64,000 nt of DNA from Octopus vulgaris (taxonomy: Eukaryota): positions 108,810,001-108,874,000 of the forward strand of contig OX597816.1 of the NCBI GenBank assembly GCA_951406725.2, written 5' to 3'. Positions 27,587 through 40,749 of the stretch are shown piece after piece (position 1 is the first letter of the stretch; each line of letters begins with the position of its first letter). A model generated the notes under the pieces. That model searched no databases. It was not told where the DNA came from and worked only from the letters and a program-made list of their open reading frames with translations. The position numbers were made by a program, and so were the translations under genes.

Positions 27587-28139
27587 AGAATGTGACAAGG
27601 CTGGCCTTTTGAATTACAGATACTCCTCATTTTTGTCAGCTGAGTGGACTGGAACAACATAAAATAGAGTGTCTTGCTTGACGACACAACATATTGCCAG
27701 AAATTGAACTCACAACCTATGATTATAAGCCAAATACTCTTACCACTAAGCCATGTGCCTTCCCTGATTGTCAAAGACTCACTTAGCAACATGTTATTCA
27801 ACTTTTGTCTACAGGTTCACTGCTTTTTTGCCCCTCTATATCTAGTGAAGGCACATAACTCAGTGATTAGAGCATTGGGCTCACAATCATGAAGTAGTAG
27901 GTTTGATTCCCAGGTCAGGTTGTGTGTTGTGTCCTTGAGCAAGACACTTTATTTCACATTGCTCCATTTCGCTCATCTGTAGAAATGAGTTGCGATGTCA
28001 CTGGTACCTTTCTCTTGGATAACATCAGTGGCATGGAAAGAGGAGGCTGGTAAGACTTGTGCCTTAGAGGGAACTTTCATACATAACTGAAGGGGATCTT
28101 TACCATTAACCCCATATCTATTATATTGCTAAAACCTAC

Positions 28140-28430
28140 CAGCATCGCCTTACCGGCACTTGTGCCGGTGTGTAGGTGACATGTAAAAAAAACCAAGATT
28201 TTTTCGAGGCCATTGCCAGTACCACCTGACTGGCCCTTGTGCCGGTGGCACATGAAAGCACCCACTATACTCTCGGAGTGGTTGGCGTTAGGAAGGGCAT
28301 CTAGCTGTAGAAACTCTGCCAGATCAAGACTGGAGCCTGGTGCAGCCATCTGGTGTGCCAGTCCTCGGCCAAATCGTTCAACCCATGCTAGCATGGAAAG
28401 TGGACATTAAACGATGATGATGATGATGGT
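28140..28430 (+). mobile_element. Family A copy
   Basis: Conserved body and (GAT)n tail. Confidence 0.8.
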
Positions 28431-28775
28431 TCACATCTGATCCCCTGAAAAAGGAAATTCTCTACTTCCTTTACCCCAGCCCAACAAACACATCTGTCTC
28501 ACTTTCTCTTGCTCACCTATTATTTATCTACCCACTATTTCTAATCATTTCTCCCTTGAGCAATCAACAATGGAATTCTCTCTTTGCTCTTATCTTTACC
28601 TGTAGGCAGTGACTTACACATGTTCAAGCTGAGCATAAACCACAATCATCTAACTTGTTTTAGACAGTCTGTGAAGCTATAAAAAATTAAACCAGTTATA
28701 TGTATTCAAAAAAGCAAAAACAAAAAAAAAATATAAGAATGCAGACAGTAGAAAAGATGAATTAGATTTACAGAC

Positions 28776-28901
28776 CTCTTCTAAAGATTTATATCCATCA
28801 GCCAAATATTTGTTCTCATCATAATAAAGACGTGCTTGCTCTGTTTCTTTAATCAGCTTCTCTTCTATTTTCTCCGTGTAACTTTTATAAATGAAATACT
28901 C
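28776..28901 (-). CDS. Coiled-coil protein gene, exon 7 (EYFIYKSYTEKIEEK...GYKSLEE)
   Basis: ACACAG acceptor; 126 nt, phase 0-0; weak GAG|GTCTGT donor. Confidence 0.82.
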
Positions 28902-29017
28902 CTGTGTTTTGGAAGACAAAAATAATATATATAAATTAAATATCATATATAAATGTATGTGTTTATAGGTGTGTGTGCGTGCATGCATAGATATAGGTGT
29001 GTGTGTGTATGTGTGTG

Positions 29018-29058
<41 letters not shown>

Positions 29059-29364
29059 TCTATATATGTATATCTATTTATATGTGTGTGTGTATATATA
29101 TATGGAGAGAGAGAGAAAGAGAGAGGGAGAGAGGATGAGCAAAAGATACATATAGCTGGAAGAACAATCATATAAACAATAAGGTGATTGGATTATATAT
29201 AATGATGAACTGGTAGACTGAATGAAACATTCCAAAGATAGTATCATCTATTGAATGAAATTGTAATCAATGAAAATAATAACGAAACAAACTATCTTTC
29301 ACCCTCCTCCCCCTCCTTCTCCTCACCCCTCCCACCACCATTATCGTCATCTTCATCATCATTT

Positions 29365-29804
29365 GATTGGCAGAATTATTAGAATATTGGCCTAAATACC
29401 TTACTGTATTTAGTTATGGGTTTTTACATTCTGAGTTCAACTACTTGCTGTGTCTTTCTTCCTTTTAGATTTGATAAACTAAAGTACCAGTCAGATCCTG
29501 CTATTAATAATATTGACTTAACCTTCCTTTCAAAACTATTGACCTTCTGCTTAAATTAGAAGCAATTATTATTGTTAAATCTCTGAGTGAAAGCTGTGAG
29601 TTTTCAGAATTGTTAGCACACTGGAGGAAAAGCTTAGCAGCATTTCTTCTAGCTCTACATTCCGAATTCAAATTTCTCTGAGGTTGACCTTGCCTTTCAT
29701 CCTTTTGGGACTGATAAAATAAATATCAGTTGAGCCCTGTGGTCGATATAATCAACTAGTGCCAGCCCCACAAAATTTCAGGTTCTGAGCCTATGGTAGA
29801 AAGG

Positions 29805-29836
<32 letters not shown>

Positions 29837-31300
29837 GTTAAAGACAGTGAGCTGGCAGAATCGTTACGCCAGGCAAAATGCTTAGCAGTATTTCATCCGT
29901 CTTCACATTCTGAGTTCAAATTCTGTTGAGGTCGATTTTGCTTTTTATCCTTTTGGAGTTGATAAATTAAGTACCAGTGAAACACTGGGGTCGATGTAAC
30001 AGACTCATCTCCTCCCCCAAAACGGCTGCCTTTTTAGCAAAATTTGAAACCATTTTTTATTATTATGTTAAGGTGGCCAGCTGGTGGAATCATTAACATG
30101 CTGGGAAAAGTGCTTAGCAGCATTTCGACCGTCTTTACATCCTGAGTTCAAATTCTGCTGAGGACAACTTTGCCTTTCATCCTTTTCGGATTGATAAATT
30201 AAATACTAGTGGAACACTGGGGTCAATGTAATTGACTATTCCCCTCCCCACAAATTTCAGGCTTGTGTCTATAGTAGGAAGGATTATTATTATTATGAAG
30301 GTGGATAGCTGGTGAAATTGTTAGCATGCTAGGCAAAATGCTTATTGGCATTTCATCTATCTTTATGATCTGTGTTCAAATATTGTTAAGGTCAATTTTG
30401 CCTTTCAAACTTTTGGGGTCAATAAAATAAGTACCAGTTGAGTACTGGAGCCGATGCAATCAGCTTACCCCTTCCATACAAAATTTCAGGCCTCGTGCCA
30501 ATAATAGAAAGGTTCTTCATCATCATCATCATCATCATTATTATTATTATTATCATCATCATTATTATCATCATTATTATCATTATTATTATCATTATTA
30601 TTATGAGTTTTTCTTCATTCAATTTTGTTTCCATTCTTTGCTGAGTGTCTTCCCAACATCTAGGGCAAAGAAACTTACTGTATACATTGATAGGCCATTA
30701 AAATAAATACTCCAAATTGTTCATTTACAAAATAAAATTTTTAAAAAAAATTACACGGGTGGTAATTATTCTCACTGCGACAATGCTCTACCCAATATGT
30801 GTGATGTACCAGTTAAAACAATTGTTTGTACTTCTTGCAAGGATGATAAGCCTGGAATTTTCAATTCCATTTTTGATCATTTCAAGTGCTTCTACACTCA
30901 CTAGTGCTGTAACTGTTGTAAGACACCACACTTTTTTGATTTCAATCTAAGTGGCAGAATTGTTAGCATGCCAGACAAAATGCTTGGTGGCTGTTTGTCC
31001 ATTCTTAAATTCTGAGTTCAAATTCTGCCAAGAAAGACTTTGTCTTTCATCCTTTCAGGATTGATAAAATAAATAACAGCTGAGCACTAGTGTTGATGTA
31101 ATCGTTTAAACTCCCCACAAAATTTCAGACCTTGTGTCAATAGTAGAAAGGATTATTATTATTATTATTATTGTTATTATTATAAATTATTAGGAAGTTG
31201 GACAAAATGCTTAGTGGCATTACTTTTGGGTTTTTAATTTCTGTATTCAAATACTGCTGAGATCAACTTAGCTTTCATTCTTCTAGGGTCAATTAATGCA
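29365..31300 (+). mobile_element. Cluster of about 7 co-oriented family-B SINEs
   Basis: Copies begin near 29365, 29590, 29840, 30070, 30298, 30950 and 31195, mostly separated by (TAT)n. Confidence 0.8.
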
Positions 31301-32411
31301 TTCAGAACAAGCCAAAATGCTTGTGCAAGGATTCTCAGCTTCTGAAGTTGGTGTAAGCAACTATAATTATACTTTTCTCCTCAAATTTGTGGCCATTTGT
31401 CTAAGAAATTTGGTCATATTCAACAATCTCTCACAGACATTCAAATAATACAAGTGAAATGTGTTGCTTTTGATGAAAAATTGAAACTGGCTCATAGTCA
31501 CAGCCTCTTTTTACAGCTTATTCAGAAGAAGAAGGGCAACATCCATGCCTTTTGAAGGGTTTCTGAAACTGGTAGGAGGAAACAGTGAAAGAAACCATGA
31601 TATAATGGTTATTGCAGTAGGAAGCATCATAGCAAGACATGGTGGCAGTAAATAGGGCAGTAGGTTAGATCTCCCATATAATGAGCTTCTACACAATTTC
31701 AGTCTACCAAACTTCATCTAAAAGCTGCAGTTGAAAACTCTTGCCCAAAGTACAGCTGTAAAATGGGATCAAACTTGGAACCATGTAATTGTGAGGTAAA
31801 CTTCTTAACCATGTAGATGGGTTAAGCTTGCCCTGTGTGTGGTAGATTTAACACCACTACTGGTCCTTGGGTGTTTTAATGGAGAACACTCAATTACAAG
31901 CATTTAAGTTAGGTTTCAGGTTTGAGGGTATTTCTTCCTTTCTTTCCTTCCATCAGTTAGGAGGCTCTGTAAAGAGTCATGAACACTATTCTTTCTTTTG
32001 GTCAAAAAAAAAAAAGCCATACCCACTTGCTCACAACTTATCTATATTCTCATGCAGTATATTTTATACCATAAAATAAAATGATAAAATAAATTATGCT
32101 ATGTTTTTCTTGTATTTTTAATTCCATTAAATTCAACATCCTGCTAAAAACTATAAATAGCTAATTAACTTAAACAGACTGTTTGTTGTGAAACTTAACA
32201 TCTGTCTTTCAGATAAGTGATTGACAAAGATGCTATTAGATATTCAGTGTTTAAATGCATTTAGGGGTGGAAAATTGAATATCATTATTATTATTATTAT
32301 CTGTGGTGAAAGATATTGTCTGGTGGGCATGCTTGGAAAGGCTGAGATATAATATCACGTTTCTAACCAAGTTCTAGTCAATTTATTCAACATAAAAAAA
32401 TCAAACAATGG

Positions 32412-32500
<89 letters not shown>

Positions 32501-32569
32501 TCTCTCTACAAGGAAATTTGATGAACAGTGGATGAAAGTCACAAAGCTGGTACATATGCCTGGTCCCTA

Positions 32570-33500
32570 ATTAAATTATGTAGTCAGATGAGAGCAAGCA
32601 CCAGAGGTACTAGGTGGTTGGAGTTTTGGGGTACTAAACTTCATGAGGTTACTCCTGGCACCTGCCCTCACTATATATGCAGTCAGTTTTGGTTTCATTT
32701 ACAAAGGCTGGATGACTTCAATATATGATGGTATCTGCTCAGTGGCCAAGCTAAATGGTCTCCTATCTGGACTATTCTGAATCTTATGCTTTGTCAGCAA
32801 ACAATATTCTCCCTCATTTCTCCTGTACATTTTGGTTCTTAAGCCACTGCAGCAGAAATTGGAGGTGTTAAGGGGCACCCTGTTTGAATAGGATATGTAC
32901 AAAACCTCAATTTCATGGTGTTGAACACCATAGAAGTTGAGGCAGCTGGTATTGTATTGAAGGAATACAAAATGGTAACAGAAGCTTCTATTAATCAGGA
33001 TAAATTGCTCCAGTTTTCATCTGACTAGGCTGGAACTTCTCTTTAGTTTCTTGTAGAAAGAATGTGTTTTGCAAGATATTCAGTCTCAAAAATTACGCCT
33101 GAAATGTTCTCAGGCAGTCACAGTTCTCTACAAGTGGTCAATAGTATTGATAGTACATCAGCTCTTGCCTTCAATGATGAGTTAGAACTAAGGAAGAGGG
33201 ACATGTTTTCAGACATTCTGGGCACTGATAAAAATCATTTGAACAGCCTTTTCCAGAAGACTTTTAGCTTGGTCATTATGGACAACTTCCAGAAGTCCTA
33301 GGCATTGCAGTGCTACCAGAGGTTGTAGCTGGTTTAAGATAAATGTTACAGGCCCGGCAGTGCTATCTGCCTGGCTTCATTGAGATGCATGCAGGACAAT
33401 GAAACCATTCTGTATTCATTACTCAGTGTTTGAGCATTGCTGAAATGTAATTACATTGAACAGCTGTATTTGCAACTTCCAGCTGAGTCCATTGTGAGAA
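32570..33500 (+). mobile_element. Degenerate L1/Tx1-like LINE 3' relic
   Basis: Coding-like non-repetitive stretch with an RC..DNETIL remnant resembling the zf-RVT CxxC...ETxxH motif; many stops. Confidence 0.35.
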
Positions 33501-34769
33501 TTATCCTACCAATTTCCTTTGGTTGGGAACAAGCAGTTTTTCCTTGTGTGGTGGGTAAGATTGAAAGGACTGAAGACAGATAATTTTGTTTTCTTCAACT
33601 TTTTTAAGTTCCATTTGGAAAGGAAGTTAGGGTGGAGATGGAGACAGTGTTCTCCTGTAAATTTACTGAAAGGTGGGTGAGAACAGCTAGAATTGTTTAT
33701 GTGAATGAGAAAAAAGCCTGTCAAGGTTAACCTTTGCCCTTTCATCTCTCCAGGTCTCAATAAAATAAGGTTCCCATCAAGTACTGGGTTGATCTGAAAT
33801 TCCCATAAAGCATCCCGAACTTGAATGGAATTATAATAGAAAAATAAAGCTCTTTGAGCAGACATGATCAAAATTATTCCAACTATGGTCTTCCTGTTTG
33901 TTTGAGGAATATTTATGACTACACTATCTAATGTCTACTCCTTCAATTTTAAGATGGAAATATTTGATTTTGAGGAAATTTGGTTGCTATTTTTAGCAGG
34001 TTACACAGTCACATAAAAGGTCCCTTATGGCTACCTTTGATTTTGTTGTTGCTGTTATTGATGTCCTTGCTGCTGCTGCTGTTGTTGTTGTTGCTGTTAT
34101 TACCATTCATGTTCTGTTCACTAAATACACACACATGCACGCACACACACACACACACACTCACATACATACATATATATATATATATACATGCACATAA
34201 ATATACACACATATACACACATGCATACATATACATACATGCACATGTACACATACATACATGTACACTTGCATGTGTACATGCATACATATATATATAT
34301 ATATGGACACACATGCACACATACACATTCATGCATGCATACATGCATACATAGTCATACACACTCACACATGCGCACACACACACATGCGCGCGCACAC
34401 ACACACACATTCCAGCAAAATAAACATCAATAGCTCAGTAGTGCTGGATCAATAATGCATGGTTTCCTCTGACAGCATCCTAAATCTTTCATGCAGAGAT
34501 AGCTTCACCTGCTGTTCCACATGATGGCACACCTCATCAATACAACACAACATATATCTTACCACAGCCTTATATAACATAACAACATCAAAGAAGCCAC
34601 TATATGGTCACTAGATCTGTTAAAAATAGCAGCTAAATCTCCTTAAGAATCAGACATTATTATCTTCAAAAATATGTAACAGAGGCAATACAGTTTTATA
34701 TATAAGAGATTAGGGATTATGTACATTATTTACATTTGACAGATATTTGTCCTCATCTTGTTTGTTGTT

Positions 34770-34815
34770 AACACAACATTTCGGCTGATATACCCTCCAA
34801 CCATCATCAGGTGTC
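34770..34815 (-). ncRNA. Penelope-type minimal hammerhead ribozyme motif (probably decayed)
   Basis: GACAC CUGAUGA U GGUUG-gagggtatat-CAGCC GAAA UGUU GUGUU: stem I, intact core boxes and 5-bp stem II; stem III and the cleavage triplet are suboptimal. Confidence 0.6.
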
Positions 34816-35095
34816 TTGGGAAAATTTCGAATCTGGGTTCTCATTCCTAAGGTATTTTTCAATGTTATTATTATTATGTGAGAAAGCAGTGCATGCCATC
34901 AAAGTGACACTGGGGTAAAATATACGAAGCCCAGTATACCCATCATGACTACCCGTCTGATAAGGGTACACCAGGCACATGCATCACAACCATATGTGCA
35001 CGACATGGTGATCTCATATCAAGATAAACAGCACATGACCTTGCAGGTGGGGCCCAGTTAGAATTTTCTTCTGGTCGAGTAACCTATCCTGCTCA

Positions 35096-35135
<40 letters not shown>

Positions 35136-35202
35136 TCACTGCCTGGAATTGACCTTGGAATCTTGGGGTTAGTAGCCCGCACTCTTAACCACTATGCCCA
35201 CA

Positions 35203-35272
35203 GGCATATGGTGTAGTGGTTAAGAGCGTGGGCTACTAACCCTAAGATTCTGAGTTTGATTCCAGGCAGTGA

Positions 35273-35274
<2 letters not shown>
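35203..35274 (+). pseudogene. tRNA-like SINE head (ACT triplet in anticodon position), with inverted partner at 35131-35198
   Basis: A-box TGGTGTAGTGG, GGG-CTACTAA-CCC anticodon arm and B-box GAGTTTGATTC; poor acceptor stem. Confidence 0.65.
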
Positions 35275-35308
<34 letters not shown>

Positions 35309-36904
35309 TAATAATGTACAAGGCAGTGGCTATGCCCTGATGTGGTACCAGGCAGTGGCTCTCATGGCTTCTGATCTTAACTGATTGGAAGTGTCATCAT
35401 GTACATTGTTTTGTCTTGGTATAAAAGATGGGCTACAGCAAATATTCTGCTCAATACCACAGATTTGCTTGTCAGTTGTTTGACTTTAACCAGTTAGCAT
35501 GTCTCTTAGTGGCTGACGATATGTGCATCTCTGATCACGAGCAGAAGTAGTGGGGGAGCATCATAGCCATGTGCTGAGAGGGATTCTTTGGGGTTTGAAT
35601 AATTCACCTCTGGAAAATGGGTGGTTCTTTCAACATCCTTAAACAACCCTTATTCAGGGACCTTTTGAGTGGGATGGGCTACTCAACCTGAAGAAAATTC
35701 TAACTGGGCCCCACCTGCAAGGTCATGCGCTGTTTATCTTGATATGAGATCACCATGTTGCGCACATATGGTTGTGATGCATGTGCCTGGTGTACCCTTA
35801 TCAGACGGGTAGTCATGATGGGTATATTGGGCTTCGTATATTTTACCCCAGTGTCACTTTGATGGCATGAACTGCTCTCTCACTCAATAATGATAATAAT
35901 GATAATAATAATAATAATAACATTGAAAAATACCTTAGGAATGAGAACCTAGGTTCGAAATTTCCCCAAGACAACTAATGAAGTCTAGAGGGTATATCAG
36001 CCGAAATGTTTTAACAACAAACAAGATGAGGACAAATATCTGTCAAATGTAAATAATGTAAATGATGTAACAGAGGCATTCAAAAATTGAGATATACAAA
36101 GAAACAATATGGTTGTAGTAGGGAATGACTTTTACTCAGTCAGGGGTTGACCTATGACTAAACAATAAGAATGCAAGCCAAATGAGGGAGCCTCTATATA
36201 GTTTCTCTGCTTGAAATGACAGCTAAAATCTTTTTCAAATTACACTCTACCATCTATAATAAAATGATATTGGCAAATCTAATTTGACATAGGCAAAAAA
36301 AGACAGAATGATCACAACTGACTTGCCTTTGATCACATGTCTGCTCAATCAAGGTTTGCTTAGGGTTAAAAGATAGCCATATTATGTTCTGTCTCGTCTC
36401 ACCTGCTTTGCAATTTTGCTTAATGTTTCTGTAGCATTTGAAAAGCAGATAAACCACAAATTATGCCCAGGTTATTGACCTTCCATTTTATGTACTTATT
36501 GATTTATTTTGTTATGGTGCTTGCAGGACGTTGTTGATGTTATTTAACCTTAAGTCAACCTTCATCAAAGACATCTCACCAGTAACCAGCCTGTCCTTTT
36601 GTAAGTGGACAATATTATCTTATGTACATTTTCTTTTCTTAAAAGTGATCTGGTATGATTTGAAGATTTGGCAGCTATTATCTCTTGGTCAACCCTGATC
36701 CAAGATGCCTATGACCACATCACCAGCTTTTTTTCATCATTATCATTATCCTCATCATCATAATTTAACATCCATTTTCCATGCTGGCATGGGTTGGATG
36801 GCTTAACAGGAACTTGCAAGGCCAGGGGCTGCACCAGGTTCCATAATCTGTTTTGGCTTGGTTTCTACAGCTGGATGTCCTTCCAAATGCCAATCACTCT
36901 ACAG

Positions 36905-36946
<42 letters not shown>

Positions 36947-36948
<2 letters not shown>

Positions 36949-37341
36949 CTCATTCATGGCTTGGCTTCGCGAACGAAGATCAGGAAGGCCGTCCACATCA
37001 CGTGCATGCACGCTCATGACTGACAAGTCCGAAATGGGAAAGGCAGGTCTGTGAGCAGTGTCCACAGACGAAGGTAACATCCGATGTGGTGTCAGAGGCA
37101 GCTCATGCCTTCCTCCTGCATCTCTTGTCTTTAAGTGCATCTCTTCTTTGTTCCTCAAACTTGCTGACTGCGTTGAAGATCGTGTGGCGCCAGACATCAC
37201 GGTCCACAGCCAGGTCTGACCAGCATTGATGGTTAATATGACATACTGTTAGAGACTTCTCGAGGCAGTCTTTGTAGCGCTTCCTCGGAGCTCCTCTCAC
37301 TTGGTGGGCGGTGGAGAGTTCGCCAAACAGGGCAATCTTAG
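36947..37341 (-). mobile_element. RTE (BovB-like) LINE 3' fragment
   Basis: PKIALFGEL...RGAPRKRYKDCL...W..LAVDRDVWR...CGHCSQTCLSHFGLVSH; flanked by (TA)n. Confidence 0.88.
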
Positions 37342-37974
37342 GATATATATATATATGTATGTATATAACATATATGTATGAGTATATCTATGTATGTGCA
37401 TGTCTTTGTCTTTGTGTTTGTTCCCTACCATCACTGGATAACTGTTGTTGATTTGCTTACATCCCTGTAACTTAGCAGTGCAGCAAGAGAGACCAATAGA
37501 ATAAGTATCAGGCTTAAAAAGAAAATGTACTGGGGTTGATTTGTATTATCAATGGCTAAAACAAGTAAAAAATAAAAGATATGTTAGTCAACACCAACAT
37601 CTATCCCTGGGTACATGGTCTTATGATACACAACATACTAAGGCCCTGGCTTTCTTTCTTCAACAACATTGGTAGTGTAGACAAGGGAGATTTCCATGCA
37701 TGGGCATCTACTGGTCTTCAATAAAAAATTCTGTTCAGATGTGTATCTTGGAGAGGAGCTTTCCAATTGCAGATCCCTATTCTTATGATATAGGCATGGC
37801 TGTGTTGTAAGAAGTTTGATTCCCTATCACATAGTTCTGGGTTCAATCCCTCTGCATGGCATCTTGGTGTCTTCTACTACAGTTCTGGGCCAGCCAAAGC
37901 CTTTTGAGTTGATTTGGTAAACAGAAACTGAAAGAAGCCTGTTGTATATATATGTGTGTGAATGTGTGTGTGTT

Positions 37975-38022
<48 letters not shown>

Positions 38023-38304
38023 TGAGTCTGTGTTTGTCCTCATCACTGCTTGATAACCAGTGTTGGTTTGTTTATTTCCCGGTAACTTAGCAGTTTGTTA
38101 AAAGAGATTGATAGAATAGATACCAAACTTAAAAAAAGTTAGTACTAGGGTCAATAAATTTGCTGAAATGCTTTGAGACAGTACCTCATCAGGGGCTCAG
38201 TCTAATGACAGAAGCTAGTAAATGAGATACAATAAAGTTGACCACAACAACATTAGAACTCACAGTGCAGAATGTTAGAATAAATATAGCCTATCTTATA
38301 TGAA

Positions 38305-38960
38305 AGCACATGGCTCAATGGTTAAAGCAATGTTTATCAAAGTGGGTGGTATTGCCCCCTGGGTGCGGTGAAAAGTTCCAAGGGGGCATTGAAGAAAAGG
38401 GGCGATAATGGGGTAGCAATTCATGTAAAATGTGGGGCAATAATGGGGTAATGATTCATATAAAAACAACAAAATAATGGGTTTATTCAGTTAAGTTTTA
38501 TTTGTGAAATACAATTGCTTTGAATTTGCTTCAGAAAGAGGTCTCTGTTTGTGATGGTTACTTGGGGTGGGGGCATGAGGAATGCAGCCTGGGTGTTAAG
38601 AGGGTGGCAGCCTGAAAAAGTCTGGGAACCACTGGGTTAAAGCATCAGGCTCACAATCATGAAGTAGTGAGTTTGATTCCTAGACTGGGCTATGTGTTGT
38701 GTTCTTGAGCAAGACACTTTATTTCATGTTGCTCCAATTCACTCAGCTTTAGAAATGAGTAGTGACGCGACATCACTGGTGCCAAGCTGTATCAGTCTTT
38801 GCCCTTCCCTTGGATAACATTGTAGGCATGGAGAAGGGAGGCTGGTACTCATGGGTGACTGTTGGTCTTCCATAAACAACCTTGCCTGGACTTGTGCCTC
38901 AGAAGGGAACTTTCTCGGTGCAATTCCATGGTCATTCATGACTGGAGGGGGTTTTACCAT
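38305..38960 (+). mobile_element. tRNA-derived CORE-like SINE (family E), split by the hAT MITE
   Basis: TGGCTCAATGG A-box, GAGTTTGATTC B-box and TGTGTTCTTGAGCAAGACAC core; homologues near 27848 and 49950. Confidence 0.75.
38328..38634. mobile_element. hAT (Charlie-like) MITE with 8-bp TSD
   Basis: TSD GGTTAAAG at 38320-38327 and 38635-38642; termini CAATGTTTATCAAA and (rc) CAGTGGTTCCCAGA. Confidence 0.8.
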
Positions 38961-40623
38961 TTTTCACTCAATTTGATGCTCTTACAACTCTGCCAATTCA
39001 TAATCAACTAATAATTCACTATACCTCTCCATAGTCTTAATTATACTGAAAATTAATTGAAATACTTTGGCAGCCTACTCATTAGAAATACAGTTACAAA
39101 TGAGTTGAGACTGACAACCATATAACTACTTTATTCTCTCATAAACAGATAATAATAGACTTATAGCTATTTGCTAGAAAGTTGCAAAAGTAATGAAAAA
39201 AAAAAAAGATCTGGAAGGGGCAATGATAATGTTTTAAAAACACATAAACCCCTGACCCTACCCTGTGGCAATTATTTGATGTTGTACCTGTAAACAAGAT
39301 GAATTAGATTAGTTTTCACAGGATTACCTGACTGGAAAAAAGGAAACATTCTGCCAATACCCCACTTCATGCTTCAGTGGGTTTGGTTAAGAAGAGCTTT
39401 TGCACAGTATAGAACACACACACATGCACACACACATGCACACACATTCCATTAAAATTTGTGGAATGATTTGCTCTATATGGAAGCCATCCAATATGTA
39501 TATCTGTCAGTCAGTCTGCCTGTCTGTCTGTTTGTCTGTCTGTATCTATGTATGTATGTATCTGTCTATCTATTTACCTCCTATCTATCTATGTGTGTAT
39601 GTTTATATATATATATATACATACACACACACATATGCAATATAAATATACATACACATGAATGTACATTATATGCTACATATGTGTACACACACATCTG
39701 AGTTTGTATATTTTTCTATGTGTGTTTGCATATATGCATGAAAGAGCGTACGTCTGTATGTATGTGGATGTCTATACCTTTATGTGTCTACGATTGAGTT
39801 GCTTATTATCCATGAGTGTGTGTGTATGCAGGTGTGTATATTCGTGTGTTTATGACCAAGTAGAGAAGTGCATTTGTGTGTGCAAATGTGAGTGTTATTT
39901 ATGACTGCATGAGTATGAGTAAGAAATCATATTTTTCTGTGACTAAGAACTTTTAAACTTTCATAAGATGACAATATTTCAAGGATTGTAGGGCACTGAG
40001 CTAGCAATCATTAGCATTCTGGGCAAAATGTTTAGTGGAATTTCATCTGCTTTAACATTCTGAGTTCAAATTTTGCCCAGGTTAATTTTGCCTTTCATCC
40101 TTTTGGGGCCAATAAATTGAGTACCAGTTGAGCACTGGGGTCGATGTAATTGACTTACCTACTTCCACTGAAATTACTGGCCTTGTGCCAAAATTTGAAA
40201 CCAATATTTCAAGGATTATGCTATCACATGGCAGCAAACTGATTTACTGGAAATAACACCCAGATCACACTCAACATACACTAATGACTTTACAAAAAAT
40301 ACGTAAACACTGGGTAATAACAATAGTCTGGGGTACAGTTTACCTGCTTAACAAAAAGATAGTTTGGGGTAATACCATTGATTATACCAATTCACTAAAT
40401 GCTTTGGTCAGCTTGAGTTTATAGCAGAAGACACTTGCAGTGAGGCTGAACCCAGAACCATGTGGTTGAGAAGTGAATTTCTTACCACACAGCCACATCT
40501 GTTAATAGTGAAAATTTGAGTTTGTTCTCAGGAAAAAAAAAAACAAAACAAAAAAAGAGAAAACAGTTTCAAGATGAAAACCAAAATTGAAAGATCTTAT
40601 GGCAAGCTGAGACAAATACTTAC

Positions 40624-40749
40624 TTCCTTCACAGTACTGATGTCTTTTTCAAGAGTTTTGTTTTTCTCTTCTAATAATGTACACTTCAGTTGGAGAGTCC
40701 CCAAAGATTCTTTGTAAATATCACTTTCAGCTTTGATCTTTCCTTTTTC
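40624..40749 (-). CDS. Coiled-coil protein gene, exon 6 (EKGKIKAESD...LEKDISTVKE)
   Basis: TTTTACAG acceptor; 126 nt, phase 0-0; GAA|GTAAGT donor; within ORF 40597..40788. Confidence 0.9.

Larger units (their letters stand above)
34688..36064. mobile_element. Palindromic tRNA-head/hammerhead-tail retro-element with nested family-D insertions
   Basis: 14-bp TSD ATGTAACAGAGGCA (34674-34687, 36065-36078); outer arms 34731-34877 and 35905-36060; central tRNA-like hairpin 35131-35277. Confidence 0.8.

Noticed and set aside
35203-35274. Functional tRNA-Ser(ACT) gene
   Set aside because: The acceptor stem is poor, an ACT anticodon is atypical in eukaryotes, and it sits in a TE palindrome.
36403-36428. 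26-nt minus-strand microexon candidate (CTACAG...CAG|GTGAGA)
   Set aside because: Good splice signals but not phase-compatible between the phase-0 exons 6 and 7, and it has a stop in frame 0.
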